A model generated the notes under the pieces. It was not told where the DNA came from, ran no database searches, and saw only the letters and a program-made list of their open reading frames with translations. A program made the position numbers and the translations under genes. This document shows, piece by piece, positions 11,818 through 24,206 of a DNA stretch of 64,000 nucleotides. The stretch lies in NCBI GenBank assembly GCA_964016885.1, contig OZ024753.1:11842001-11906000 (forward strand), given 5' to 3'. Each line of letters starts with the position of its first letter. Positions within the stretch are counted from its first letter, which is position 1. The stretch is from Eledone cirrhosa (Eukaryota).

Positions 11818-12530
11818 ACTACGAGCAGTGGTACCCGGCGTGCGTTGCACGCGATAAGGTATTTTGGAACGCTGGGCCGCCAACAGACCTAAACGTGGAA
11901 AATCTGCACGCGTGGACAATATGTAAAGAAAATAAACCGAATACTCTGATGGCTGGATAATCGTTAAGATTTTCCTCGAAGCAGGAAAAATGCAGGTTTT
12001 CACCTAGGGGATCAAGAAAATGAATTTTTTTATGTGCACAATATGCCTTGAAATTTCGGGAAAATCGGCTAGATTTAACGCCTCAAAAAAGCCTAAGAAG
12101 CTGAACAAATGAAGTTTTTCACCTAATGCAGGCCCGAGGCCATAAAAAAGTTGGATTTTCTTTGCTTACGGTATGAAGAGAGACTGACCAATACATAGTT
12201 ACAATTTCAAGGAAATTGGTCTGACGTAACGCCTCAAAAAACACCTAAAAATCTTTTAAAACGTAGTTTTTCACCTAATGCGGGCCCTAGGAGATAAAAA
12301 AAAATTTAATTTTTTTAATGTGCATAACACTCCCTAACTAAAACATAATACACATGTAAAGTTTGAAAAAAATCGGTTGGGTACTTCGAGATTTAGGGAT
12401 TCAAACTCAGACATCTTCAGGGAAGTGACGTAATGCAGACAGTCAGACATACAGACAGATATTATAAGGGCGCGACGTTATACGTATGTATCTATCTAAA
12501 AAGAGAAATACTAAGAAGTATAGAGAGAGA
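11818..12530 (-). mobile_element. non-autonomous Helitron-like element (family H1)
   Basis: Minus-strand start tctatac..tataatatctgtctgtatgtctg; 3' GC hairpin followed by a CTAG end disrupted by a 3-nt insertion. Confidence 0.65.
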
Positions 12531-13335
12531 TCGATAAATCGCCTAATGCGGTCCCTATGGCATTGAAAACTTGAATTTTTTTTTGCTCAGAACAGTCCCT
12601 GAAACATAAGTATGACATGTGTAAAGTTTGAAAACAGTCGGTTTGCTGCTTCTCTACAATACTAAGCGGTAAAATAGTAAGTTTTGTTCTCGTAAAGGCA
12701 CGTAAGTAAACAAACTGAAGGTATTACAGCGATGTTTTTCTTTACCGGCTTTAATTTTTAGTGTTGTGTGAAATATATAACCTGCAAACCTGATTTTTGA
12801 ATCGTAGCAGGGTCGACTTTATCTCACTGGTTCCACTAAAAGTTGGATTTTCTTTGCTCATGGTATGAAAAAGAGACTGACTAATACATAGTTACCGGCT
12901 TTAGTATAAGCTTAGTATTGCCACAACCACGGCTGGCAAAGAAGTAAGGGTCTGGTGGTACGTAAGTAATCAACACTGTGGCTTAAAACATGAGGAATAA
13001 GAAGTGTGTACTTACCAACTGTTTGGGGGTTGAGTGAGGAGGTTTGTCTTCAGCAAATGGCCGAATAACCGGAAATGGCAGACAGCCAGACATACAGACA
13101 TATTATAAAGGCGCGTTCTGGACGCATATGGAATTGTGGGAAGTGACGTAATGCAGACAGCCAGCCATACAGACATATATTATAAGGGCGCGACGTTATA
13201 TGTATGTATCTATCTAAAAAGAGAAAGACTAAGAATTATAGAGAGAGATCGCTAAATCACCTAATGCGGTCCCTAAGGCATGGAAAATTTGAAATTGTTT
13301 TTGCTCAGAACACTCCCTGAAACATAAGCATTATA
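12531..13335 (-). mobile_element. rearranged H1 Helitron fragments including a second 5' end
   Basis: 13138-13330 duplicates 12420-12612; 12835-12895 duplicates 12147-12200. Confidence 0.6.
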
Positions 13336-13339
13336 TTTA

Positions 13340-13835
13340 GCGATCTCGAGGATGTCCGTGTGTATGTGAGTTTCAATCCCTAAAACTCGAGAAGTACCCA
13401 ACCGATATTTTTCAAACTTTACATGTGTATTACTTATGTTTCAGGGAGTGTTATGCACATAAAAAAATTCAACTTTTTTTTATCTACTGGGGCTGGCATT
13501 AGGTGAAAAACTGCGTTTTTAAAGATTTTTAAGGGTTTTTTGAGTCGTTACGTCAGACCGATTTCCTTGAAATGGTAACTATGTATTAGTCAGTCTCTTC
13601 TTCATACCGTAAGCAAAGAAAATCCAATTTTTTTATAGCATAAGGCCGGCATTAGGTGAAAACCTGCATTTTTCCTGCTTCATCGAGGAAAATCTTAAAG
13701 ATTATCCAGCCATCAGAGTATTCGGTTTATTTTCTTTACATATTGTCCAGGCATGCAGTTTTCCACGATTAGGTCTGTTGACGGCCCGCCTTCCAAAATA
13801 CCTTATCCCGTACAACGCCGAGTACCACTGCTAGT
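13340..13835 (+). mobile_element. non-autonomous Helitron-like element (family H1), 3' part
   Basis: Inverted homologue of 11818-12410; ends cccgtacaacgccgagtaccactg-CTAGT. Confidence 0.7.
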
Positions 13836-13925
13836 AGATTATATAACTGATCAAATAAGGAATTTTCCGGGTACCTTCATAAACAGAAAGATAGAGAAGA
13901 GATAGTGGTTGTGAGAGAGTAGATC

Positions 13926-14013
<88 letters not shown>

Positions 14014-14105
14014 GAGAAAGATAGCGATGGTTGTGCTGTGCATATATATGTGCGTGCGTATATATATGTGTATGTGTCTATGACCAGTGTATATAGATCA
14101 GACAC

Positions 14106-14158
<53 letters not shown>

Positions 14159-14167
14159 TACATATAT

Positions 14168-14458
14168 GGTGGCTGCCAACTCGTTTTAGAGTACGGCCAC
14201 TACTTTATATCCATGTAGGAGAACCCCTACCGATGCGCTGAACGAGTGTGACTTTTTAGTCCAGCCAGCGACTTGAAAACTCTGGTACAAACACGACACT
14301 TGTGACAATTATTGACCCATAGTGCTGGGCCCATGCTACCATGTGACGACAAGTGCAGAGAGATCTCCAGATATAAAGCAATGCCTGTGCCGTGAAGCTT
14401 TTATAGTGAGCAAAGGCACGGCACAAAGCCAGTCCCACTCTCTTAACCAAGATGATAT
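14168..14458. repeat. unclassified ~290-bp dispersed repeat inserted at (TA)n
   Basis: Reverse-complement copy at 41703-41992 with the same ends. Confidence 0.85.
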
Positions 14459-14489
14459 TTACCAAAACGAAAAACAAGTCAACATCATT

Positions 14490-14776
14490 GGATACCATCA
14501 GAGTTGCAGGTGTTATATCAGAGTTTTCCTTCTCCTAGAATTCTGCCTTGACAAAGGCTAAGGGGTCATCTCTCCCGGTGATTTTGGATGGCCATTGACT
14601 CTTAAGAGCCTCTTTGCCCTTTGACAGGTTTTGTTTTTTGTCTTGCAGGATGTCCAAAGTCACCCTCCTCACCAAGAAACCTTGGTGGGGTTGCCAGTTT
14701 AGTCGCCAACGACCCGACCATGAGACAGGTTGTACTGGGATACATGTTACCAGTAGCACCAACTGGTGACCCGACA
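14490..14776 (-). mobile_element. RTE 5'-UTR-like non-autonomous repeat
   Basis: ctaggagaaggaaaactctga motif; homologous to 4190-4510. Confidence 0.55.
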
Positions 14777-14824
14777 TATACATACATACATACACACATA
14801 TGCATACATATGTATACGCACATA

Positions 14825-14867
<43 letters not shown>

Positions 14868-15744
14868 CATACACACACATACGTATGTATATGGGTCTTC
14901 CAGTTTCATTTCACATTATATATGCATGTCTGTGTATATTTTAATTATTTAAAAATTATTTTTAATTGAACATGATTAAAAAAATATATTTTGAAGTGAA
15001 CGTAACCCAACGGGTCACGGGTGGTCTAGTTTGTTTATATAACTAAGTTTCTGATTTGATAAAATAACTACTTGTACATGGTAGAGAATTAGAAAAACTA
15101 TCTGAGCATCTGACGAGAGTTCTAGTGGTATATATTTATATAACTGAGTTTCTGATTCCTAGGGTGGTATACTTAATTCGAAATGGTTTTGAGAATCGCA
15201 TTCTGGTTCTCTGGTGCATCTAGCGGATTTCTATATGTTGCAAATATTCTGTTTATGGCTTCTGTTTAACGATAACTGCCCCGTTCCCCTCTTCCAGTCA
15301 AGGGTCATAAATGTTGCCTTTATCTCTCCAGCGAAATGAGAAAAATTAATTATTTTATATTATGATGGGCTGAACGTAAAGAGTGATAAAGTGGCTTGCT
15401 TAGTTATTAATAACACTTTACAGAAGAAGAAATGTAGCCACTCATGAATATTTAAATTTTAATCAAAGGTAAGCCGAATATACGCACATAGTGTATTGCC
15501 GTATCTTGACTTATCTACAAATAACGTTAAAATGGAGAGACGTATCTAATTATGTGAAATTAAGCAGGCTAGCTGTACAATGATATCCAATGAATGCTTC
15601 GTTAGATAGCTGTTGCACTGTCTCCTAGAAAGAAAACATCTCAGAAGATTCCACCCTTTATTACTCGGTATTCTCCAGATTGGAATCAACAATCTAAAAC
15701 TTATGAAAGAATCAACCGAAATGCAACCTCGATGATTTACATAA

Positions 15745-16320
15745 CTGTTTTTACTTTAGGCACAAGGCCAGCAATTTGGAGGGGAGGGTAAAGTCGATTA
15801 AATCAACCCTAGTACATGACTGGTACTTTATTTATTTAATCCGTAAGGATGAAAGTAAAAATAACCTCCGCGGGATGTTTTACATAATTGTTTCTAATTT
15901 TGGCACAAGGTCAGAAATTATCCCAGTGCATTACTGGTACTTTATTTTATCGACCCCCGTAAGGATGAATGGCAAAGTTAACCTCGGCGGGATTTGAACT
16001 CAGACCGTAAAGGGCCGCAACTATGCTGCAAAGCAGGGCGTCCGACCCTCTACCGATACGGCCAAACCATGTTTTACATAATGTAGTATAAAACTGGTAG
16101 TAGTACATATATTCAAGTGGCGCAGTCTTCATATTTATGGCTAGATAACAGTAGAGGGCCGGACGCCATGCTTTGACGCATGGAGTTACGGTCCTTGCCA
16201 TTCTGAGTTCAAATCCGGCCGAGGTTAACTTTGCCTTTCATCCTTACGGGGTCGATAAAATAAAGTACCAGTAATGCACTGGGTAATTGCTGGCCTTGTG
16301 CCAATAGTAGAAACAATTAT
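15745..16320. mobile_element. SINE cluster: minus copies 15745-16065, plus copy 16150-16320
   Basis: Same family as 5313-6545. Confidence 0.8.
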
Positions 16321-16705
16321 TTAGAAGAAAACCCAAGGAAGTAAGTGTTTACGTGGTATCTGTACCTAATAGAAATAGATAAAATGTTTCAATACACCAC
16401 CACATTTTTCACTCTTAAATAACTGAAGGGCATATTGCATCATTTTGTTCCGGATATACAAATAGCAACAGAATTGTAAAACCCTTACGGTATTTTATCA
16501 TCGATCTGCTTTATCCTGAAATGTTTAAGCTCCACTACACCAACGACAATATCAGTAAGTATCAGTAAAGTATTTGATTAAATCTCAAATATTGAAAAAA
16601 TATTTATTGTTGCACAATTAAAGTTCATAAAAGTAAAAATATAAAATTTATTTTTCAAGTCTTCAATAATGATACAACTTTCATTACACCCCCTTTGCTC
16701 TATAT

Positions 16706-16998
16706 CAGTCATGGGCAACATGCGGCCCGCGAAGCTTTCTGAATGGCTCGCCTATGTCACCTAAGTGAAATCTTTCTGATTTTTTTTACCCTAACTTTTC
16801 AGTCGTAATTTATCTTTCTATCATTTTTACGATCGAGGAAAACAACGTGTACGAATTCTGAAGAAACAAATCAAAACAGCCTGAGTTACCATCCTTTGTT
16901 TTTAATGTGGGGACGAATGTAAATTAGCGCTTGCGACCTGCCTGATGATGAGCCATATCTCATGCGGCCCGATTCTCGAAAAAGTTTTCCCATGTCTG
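16706..16998. mobile_element. hAT-type MITE (family 1)
   Basis: Colinear with 6577-6860; ends cagtcatggg / cccatgtctg; decayed TSD ctctatat / ccctaaat. Confidence 0.85.
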
Positions 16999-17229
16999 CC
17001 CTAAATCATAAAGTCGACAATAATTAAAGAAGGTTACATGATTATAGTGTTTGCTGTTATTAGCATGGACCGGACACAAAGGTTAGGTCTAAACAGTCTT
17101 ACGATACACTACGGCTCTTCTAAACAACATTATTGTCTAACACATTCATCCAACAGTCCCACGGTATATACAACATCTTCACGTCATTTATTCTTTGTAT
17201 TTCCCTGACCCTAGATTTCCCAATAATAA

Positions 17230-17410
17230 TGGTTTCTTACATAGGCACAAGGCCAGCAACATTTTTTGGGGAGGTGAAAGTCGATCAAATTGACCCCAGT
17301 GCATGACTGCTACTTTATTTTATCGAACCCGTAAGGTTGAAAGGAGGGATTTGAAATCAAATCATAAAGGGCCGTAAATATGCTGCAAAGCATGGCGTCT
17401 GACTCTCTAC
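17230..17410 (-). mobile_element. tRNA-derived SINE
   Basis: Same family as 5313-6545, reverse orientation. Confidence 0.75.
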
Positions 17411-17944
17411 AAATTTCTCAATAATAATACATTCTAGAATACATGGCATGTATTATCCTAAGCGAGTCACAGGGACACCGTATAGGGTGTCTCTAACGCA
17501 TTTTAAAACCCTACAGAGTCCATCTCTCCAGGTCTCAAAACAGTTGATTTCCTCCAGAGGAGGAAAAAGATTATATAAGATTATATATCATTACAATTCA
17601 TTTTTATTTATCAACTGGAAATTAATTTGGGTTGATAAAAACATAATTAGAAAACTAATATGGAAACACTAATCAACGGCGTACCCAACATTATATGAAC
17701 CAAACAGAAGCAGTGGCACACCAAGTTAGTTAATTGAATGAGTTTACTGATTTAGAAACCTAATTGACTACTATCAGTGGTGCCGCAGTAGTTTTCATCC
17801 CAGTCACCAAGCTGTTTCCCATCATAAAAGTTTGCACCTTCATACTTTCTGAAAGAGTTTGCGCATAATTTCACTTTTATGCCTTCAGCTTCTTCAAATT
17901 GGAACAATTTTGCAAACTTTCATCAACAAAGAATGAGATATAGA

Positions 17945-18108
17945 AGAATAATCGACCCCATTAGTAGACTGGTACTTTTTCTATCGCCCTCGAATGGATC
18001 AAAGGCAAAGTTGACCTTGGCGGGATTTGAACTCAGAGAGCAGAGAGCCGAAACGAATATCGCAAGGTACAGCATCTGACGTTCTAATGTCTGTCAATTC
18101 GCCGCCTA
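17945..18108 (-). mobile_element. tRNA-derived SINE
   Basis: ggcaaagttgaccttggcgggatttgaactcagag..caattcgccgcc; related to 905-1065. Confidence 0.75.
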
Positions 18109-18859
18109 AACTTTCAAGAATATCACCACTTTAAAACTGCCGTTTTACGTAAGTTCCACGTTTTCATTCAGACTTCGGTGTCCAGATATAAAAACTGAAT
18201 AGCAACGGTATTAAAATCACCGATCTGAGAATTCAAGATTATGTGATTATCAAGAACACGAGTGCTTCTCCTGAATAATCCATACAGACCGCTATCCAGA
18301 CAGTCTATCTGAAACATTATAGTTAAGATTAGTCAAAAAGTATGTCGAGCTTCTACTTACTAGATGTAAACATCTTAACTCATATTCGTAAAAGCTATGG
18401 ATAATTGCAAATACATTGATGCATCTATTTCCCACTACGATATCAATTTAAGCATTAACATTACTAGCTAATGGTGGAATAAAATAAATAGTGTGTGTCC
18501 CCTTATAAAGATGTTACATACGAGATAACAATTCGTATTTGAAAGCGGAAGAAAAAAAGCCATCACGATGAAAATAGAAGCAGAGTAGTTTCAGTATCAC
18601 CGGCATATTTCTTTAGACATTCAATGAACATTACGGACGATATAGAATTTATGCGTTGTAAAGAAATATAGTTGGTAGCCCGCTGACTCTAATGTTCAAA
18701 CTTTCAGAATGAGTTGCACTGAATAAAAAATTGGTATATAACAATTCTCAAAAGAGCTGCTGGATATGTTATCTCAATACCAATTTTATGGTCTTCAGGA
18801 GTCTGTAATGCTATTGAAAATAATCTGTATATTTGCTTTTTTTTTGTTTTTATTCCTGG

Positions 18860-18883
18860 TATATGTGTGTGTATATATATGTA

Positions 18884-18916
<33 letters not shown>

Positions 18917-19145
18917 TTATTTTTATATATATATATAAATATATATATATTTATTTTTATATATATATATATATATATTTATTTTTATATATATATATAT
19001 ATTTATTTTTATATATAAATAAATATATATATATTTATTTTTATATATATATATATATATATTTATTTTTATATATATATATATATTTATTTTTATATAT
19101 AAATAAATATATATATAATTATTTTTATAAATATATATATATATA

Positions 19146-19215
<70 letters not shown>

Positions 19216-19295
19216 TATATATTTATTTATAAATATATATATTTATTTATAAATATATATATTTATTTATATATATATATTTATTTATATATATA

Positions 19296-19326
<31 letters not shown>

Positions 19327-19447
19327 TTATTCATATATATATATATATTTATTCATATATATATATATTTATTTATATATATATATATTTATTTATATAT
19401 ATATATTTATTCATATATATATATATATTTATTCATATATATATATT

Positions 19448-19534
<87 letters not shown>

Positions 19535-19965
19535 ATATTTATATATATTTATATATATATATATATTTATATATATATTTATATATATATTTATATATAT
19601 ATATATATAAATATATATATTTATATATATATATATATAAATATATATATTTATATAAATATATATATTTATATATATATATATATATATAAATATGTAT
19701 ATATATATATAAATATATATATTTATATATAAATATATATATTTATCTATAAATATATATATTTATATATAAATATATTATATATATATTTATAAATATA
19801 TATATTTATATATATAAATATATATATTTATTTATAAATATATATATATTTATTTATAAATATATATATATTTATTTATAAATATATATATATTTATTTA
19901 TAAATATATATATATTTATTAATAAATATATATATTTATTTATAAATATATATATTTATTTATAC
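18860..19965. repeat. (TA)n / TTTA compound microsatellite
   Basis: Direct reading. Confidence 0.95.
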
Positions 19966-20108
19966 ATGTAAAGTTATATTTAAAATTGTTGGGTTACAAC
20001 TAGTAAATATTTATAACTGATATAAAAGCACTCGACAAATACTTGGAGTATATTTACAATATTAAATAATATTAAATAAATGGAAAACTATATTTATAAA
20101 ACCATATC

Positions 20109-20174
20109 TATTTCATTATATATATTTCGGGGATATCATATTAACAATATGCTATGCCTTCATCAGACAAAATA
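20109..20174 (-). ncRNA. minimal hammerhead ribozyme (family A)
   Basis: Mirror copy of 22680-22745. Confidence 0.72.
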
Positions 20175-20546
20175 CAATATAAACAGTTTTATAGATAAAT
20201 ATATTCGACATACCGTAATAAACATCAACTTCATTTGAAGAGGTTCACTCTAGCAGTGAAAATACAGAGAGAAAGAAAGAGAGAGAGAAAAGAGGGAAAT
20301 AAGAAAGAAAGAAAGACGAAACGAAGAAAAGGAAGAAAAAGAAGAAAAAAAAGAAAAAGAAGAAATGCATGGGACAAAATAGAGAGATGGAAAAATAGAT
20401 AAAGCGAAGAGCTTCATGTAAAGAGACCGAAAGAGATATATATATATATATAGAGAGAGGAAATAGAGATAGATACATATATAAATATAGATATAGAAAA
20501 ATTAGGTAGTGGGAGGTCATTTTGAGTAAGTGTATCAATGATGCAT

Positions 20547-20581
<35 letters not shown>

Positions 20582-22281
20582 GCTCAAGTATTAATGTAAG
20601 GGAGATATAGAGAGATATAGAGAGATATAGAGAGAGAAAAATTTAAAAATAGCCAGACATATTCGAGGCGTAGAAAACCCTATGTTTTAATGTATTAGTA
20701 TTTATAAAACTTACACTATATTGTAAATATCAGTATTCCTGAATGAAACAAGTATTCACAATGCGTGAAAATTCATTATCTTATGTTTAGTTTTTTAAAA
20801 AATTCATATGTCTATGTGAATCCAACTGATTCACTCCGCAAATTCAAAGTTACCGGAAAACATTCTCAATGTGGTATAAACATTTGAGCGTATTATTATT
20901 CTTGCGATTACTCTACAAGATTATCTATCAAGCAGAAATAGAGAGCAGATTTCAATATACTAATCGAAAATATATATTATATTATAAGCAGAGATAACAA
21001 TAATAATGATAATAAGTAAAAATATATAAAAATATAAAAATATAGAATAGAAAACTAAAAAAGAATATTACGAAAGAATATTACATAATAAAAATATTGC
21101 ATATTAAAAATAAAAATACTATGTTTTAAAATTATTACGTATTAAAACTTTACATATAAAAATATTAAAAATAAAAATAAAATAAAATAAAAAATAAAAA
21201 ATAAAAATATAAAAATATTATAGAATACTACAATACTAAAAGAATAAAAATAAAAATAAAAATAAAAATAAAAATAAAAATAAAAATAAAAATAAAAAAA
21301 ATAAAAATAAAAATAAAAATAAAAAATAAACCACAAAGAACAACCCTTCAAGGTTAATTGACAATATATTGCCAAGTTCACTACAAGACAAAGCCAAAAA
21401 TTATCTATCAAATCACATCTAGCAAGGAATATCGCAAAAAAAATTGATTTGATAGATAATGATTTGATAGATAATTTTTGGCTTTGTCTTGTAGTGAACT
21501 TGGCAATATATTGTCAATTAACCTTGAAGGGTTGTTCTTTGTGGTTTATTTTTTATTTTTATTTTTTTTATTTTTATTTTTATTTTTATTTTTATTTTTA
21601 TTTTTATTTTTATTTTTATTCTTTTAGTATTGTAGTATTCTATAATATTTTTATATTTTTATTTTTTATTTTTTATTTTATTTTATTTTTATTTTTAATA
21701 TTTTTATATGTAAAGTTTTAATACGTAATAATTTTAAAACATAGTATTTTTATTTTTAATATGCAATATTTTTATTATGTAATATTCTTTCGTAATATTC
21801 TTTTTTAGTTTTCTATTCTATATTTTTATATTTTTATATATTTTTACTTATTATCATTATTATTGTTATCTCTGCTTATAATATAATATATATTTTCGAT
21901 TAGTATATTGAAATCTGCTCTCTATTTCTGCTTGATAGATAATCTTGTAGAGTAATCGCAAGAATAATAATACGCTCAAATGTTTATACCACATTGAGAA
22001 TGTTTTCCGGTAACTTTGAATTTGCGGAGTGAATCAGTTGGATTCACATAGACATATGAATTTTTTAAAAAACTAAACATAAGATAATGAATTTTCACGC
22101 ATTGTGAATACTTGTTTCATTCAGGAATACTGATATTTACAATATAGTGTAAGTTTTATAAATACTAATACATTAAAACATAGGGTTTTCTACGCCTCGA
22201 ATATGTCTGGCTATTTTTAAATTTTTCTCTCTCTATATCTCTCTATATCTCTCTATATCTCCCTTACATTAATACTTGAGC

Positions 22282-22316
<35 letters not shown>

Positions 22317-22679
22317 ATGCATCATTGATACACTTACTCAAAATGACCTCCCACTACCTAATTTTTCTATATCTATATTTATATATGTATCTATCTCTAT
22401 TTCCTCTCTCTATATATATATATATATCTCTTTCGGTCTCTTTACATGAAGCTCTTCGCTTTATCTATTTTTCCATCTCTCTATTTTGTCCCATGCATTT
22501 CTTCTTTTTCTTCTTTTTCTTCCTTTTCTTCGTTTCGTCTTTCTTTCTTTCTTATTTCCCTCTTTTCTCTCTCTCTTTCTTTCTCTCTGTATTTTCACTG
22601 CTAGAGTGAACCTCTTCAAATGAAGTTGATGTTTATTACGGTATGTCGAATATATTTATCTATAAAACTGTTTATATTG

Positions 22680-22745
22680 TATTTTGTCTGATGAAGGCAT
22701 AGCATATTGTTAATATGATATCCCCGAAATATATATAATGAAATA
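22680..22745 (+). ncRNA. minimal hammerhead ribozyme (family A)
   Basis: tattttgt-CTGATGA-agg.ata.catatt/aatatg.tat.ccc-GAAA-tatata-TA-atgaaata. Confidence 0.72.
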
Positions 22746-22990
22746 GATATGGTTTTATAAATATAGTTTTCCATTTATTTAATATTGTATATTTATTTAT
22801 AAATATATATATTTATTTATATATATATATATTTATTTATAGATTTTGAGTTTATGTTGGTTGTATACCAACACCTCAGTATGCAGGCTGGAGCACTCGA
22901 CGAAGTGCGCAGGTTGGTTAGGTTACTCCTGATTAGTGTAAAATAAAGTTAAATAAAAGTCAAATGATTACAATTTAGCTTCGTTTATTA

Positions 22991-23044
22991 CTGCTATATA
23001 TATTTCAGTGACAGCCATCTTTGGCTGTGACTTCTTCAGGCATT
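22991..23044 (-). ncRNA. hammerhead ribozyme in the 3' pseudo-LTR (family C)
   Basis: tgc-CTGAAGA-agt.acagcca-aaga-tggctgt.act-GAAA-tatata-TA-gca; stem II has 10 pairs and one C-C mismatch. Confidence 0.8.
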
Positions 23045-24206
23045 TTGAATTAGTATGGTATAGACAAGTACATATGTTGTTGAGGTGTATAATATTGTCA
23101 ATACTCTGATATGCCCAGCTCCTTGTTGGGTTGTTATTTCACTGAGGAACTGGAGTCATATGAATTCAAACAAACGAATTTCAGTGTCAAAGGTCCTCTT
23201 CTCCTCTCATTGGTCAGTTATTAGAACATTCCTCATTCTAAGTGTTGTTATTGTTGGAGTTAGCTTAAAAAATTGATAAAATGGTAGAAGGGACAAGGTG
23301 TTAAAGGAACAACATAACAAAAAAAGTGTCAAACTTCCCATTGGTCAGTTCTGAGATCATTCCTCAGTCACAAGTCTATAGAATTCTTTCTGGAGTGAAG
23401 CTCCCTGTAGTGTTTTTGCTTGCTATTGTTCAGTACATTTGACCTCTACCATTATTTTGGTAGTGTTGTTGGTGTTGTGGTCAGCTTATATCTTGCTGCT
23501 GCTAACAATTTAGAAGTATCCAGTGTGTGTTTTTTCTTCATCCCTCCTGCCACCATCATAGTGGTGGTGGTGGTGGGGTTCTTCCATGTATATGAAGAAA
23601 TATAAGGCAATAAATGAAGAAAACAGAAAATAAATAAATAATATAATAAAATAATTAATATAATTTGTATAATTTGAAAATAAATAAATAAAGAATAAAG
23701 AATAAAGAATAAATGAAAAAGTAATGGAGAAGTGAGAAATAATGTAGGATAAAGTGTGTGTGTGTGTGTGTGTGTGTGCTATAACCAATCTCAAGGTCAG
23801 AATATGTTGGATAGATTGGTATGAGACAAGGTGTTAAGATGAGATAATCAAACTATATGTGTTTGTGTTATAATCAATCTCAACTTAAAAATAAATATAA
23901 GGTGATACAGTGAAGAGGGCAGAAAACAAATAACAAATTAATAAAGAGAAATCAAGATTTAAAATTGGAACTTGAAAATCAGAAATCTAGTAAATTAAAA
24001 AGTGTTTGTGTTATATAGATGTTGGCCAAATTATAATGGCTGTGTCCGATTCTATCATGGTGTCTGCTCAGCCTGGGTTGTTCCCTATGGCTTGAGGGGA
24101 GTTCACAACCTAGGGTGTTGTTACTGCCCATATAGCTTGAGGGAGGTGTTTTCATGTTCTGTAGAAGTCCCTATAGCTTGAGGGGAGTTCACATCTTCTT
24201 GTGTTG

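Larger units (their letters stand above)
13900..15029 (+). mobile_element. H2 Helitron-like element carrying two nested insertions
   Basis: 3' hairpin cgtaaccc-aac-gggtcacg then ggtggt-CTAGT; nested repeats at 14168-14458 and 14490-14776. Confidence 0.65.
20068..22786. repeat. long inverted repeat: arms ~20068-21415 and ~21460-22786, spacer about 45 bp
   Basis: Mirror ORFs 20245-20538(-)/22325-22609(+) and 21142-21411(-)/21449-21721(+); the differences I could see are microsatellite unit counts. Confidence 0.95.

Noticed and set aside
14235-14290. CTGAACGA..GAAA hammerhead-like string in the 290-bp repeat
   Set aside because: It is not conserved in the second copy (ctgaacca..gaac) and has no clear stem II.
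20245-22609. Duplicated hydrophobic ORF pairs
   Set aside because: They are by-products of the inverted repeat and T-rich simple repeats.
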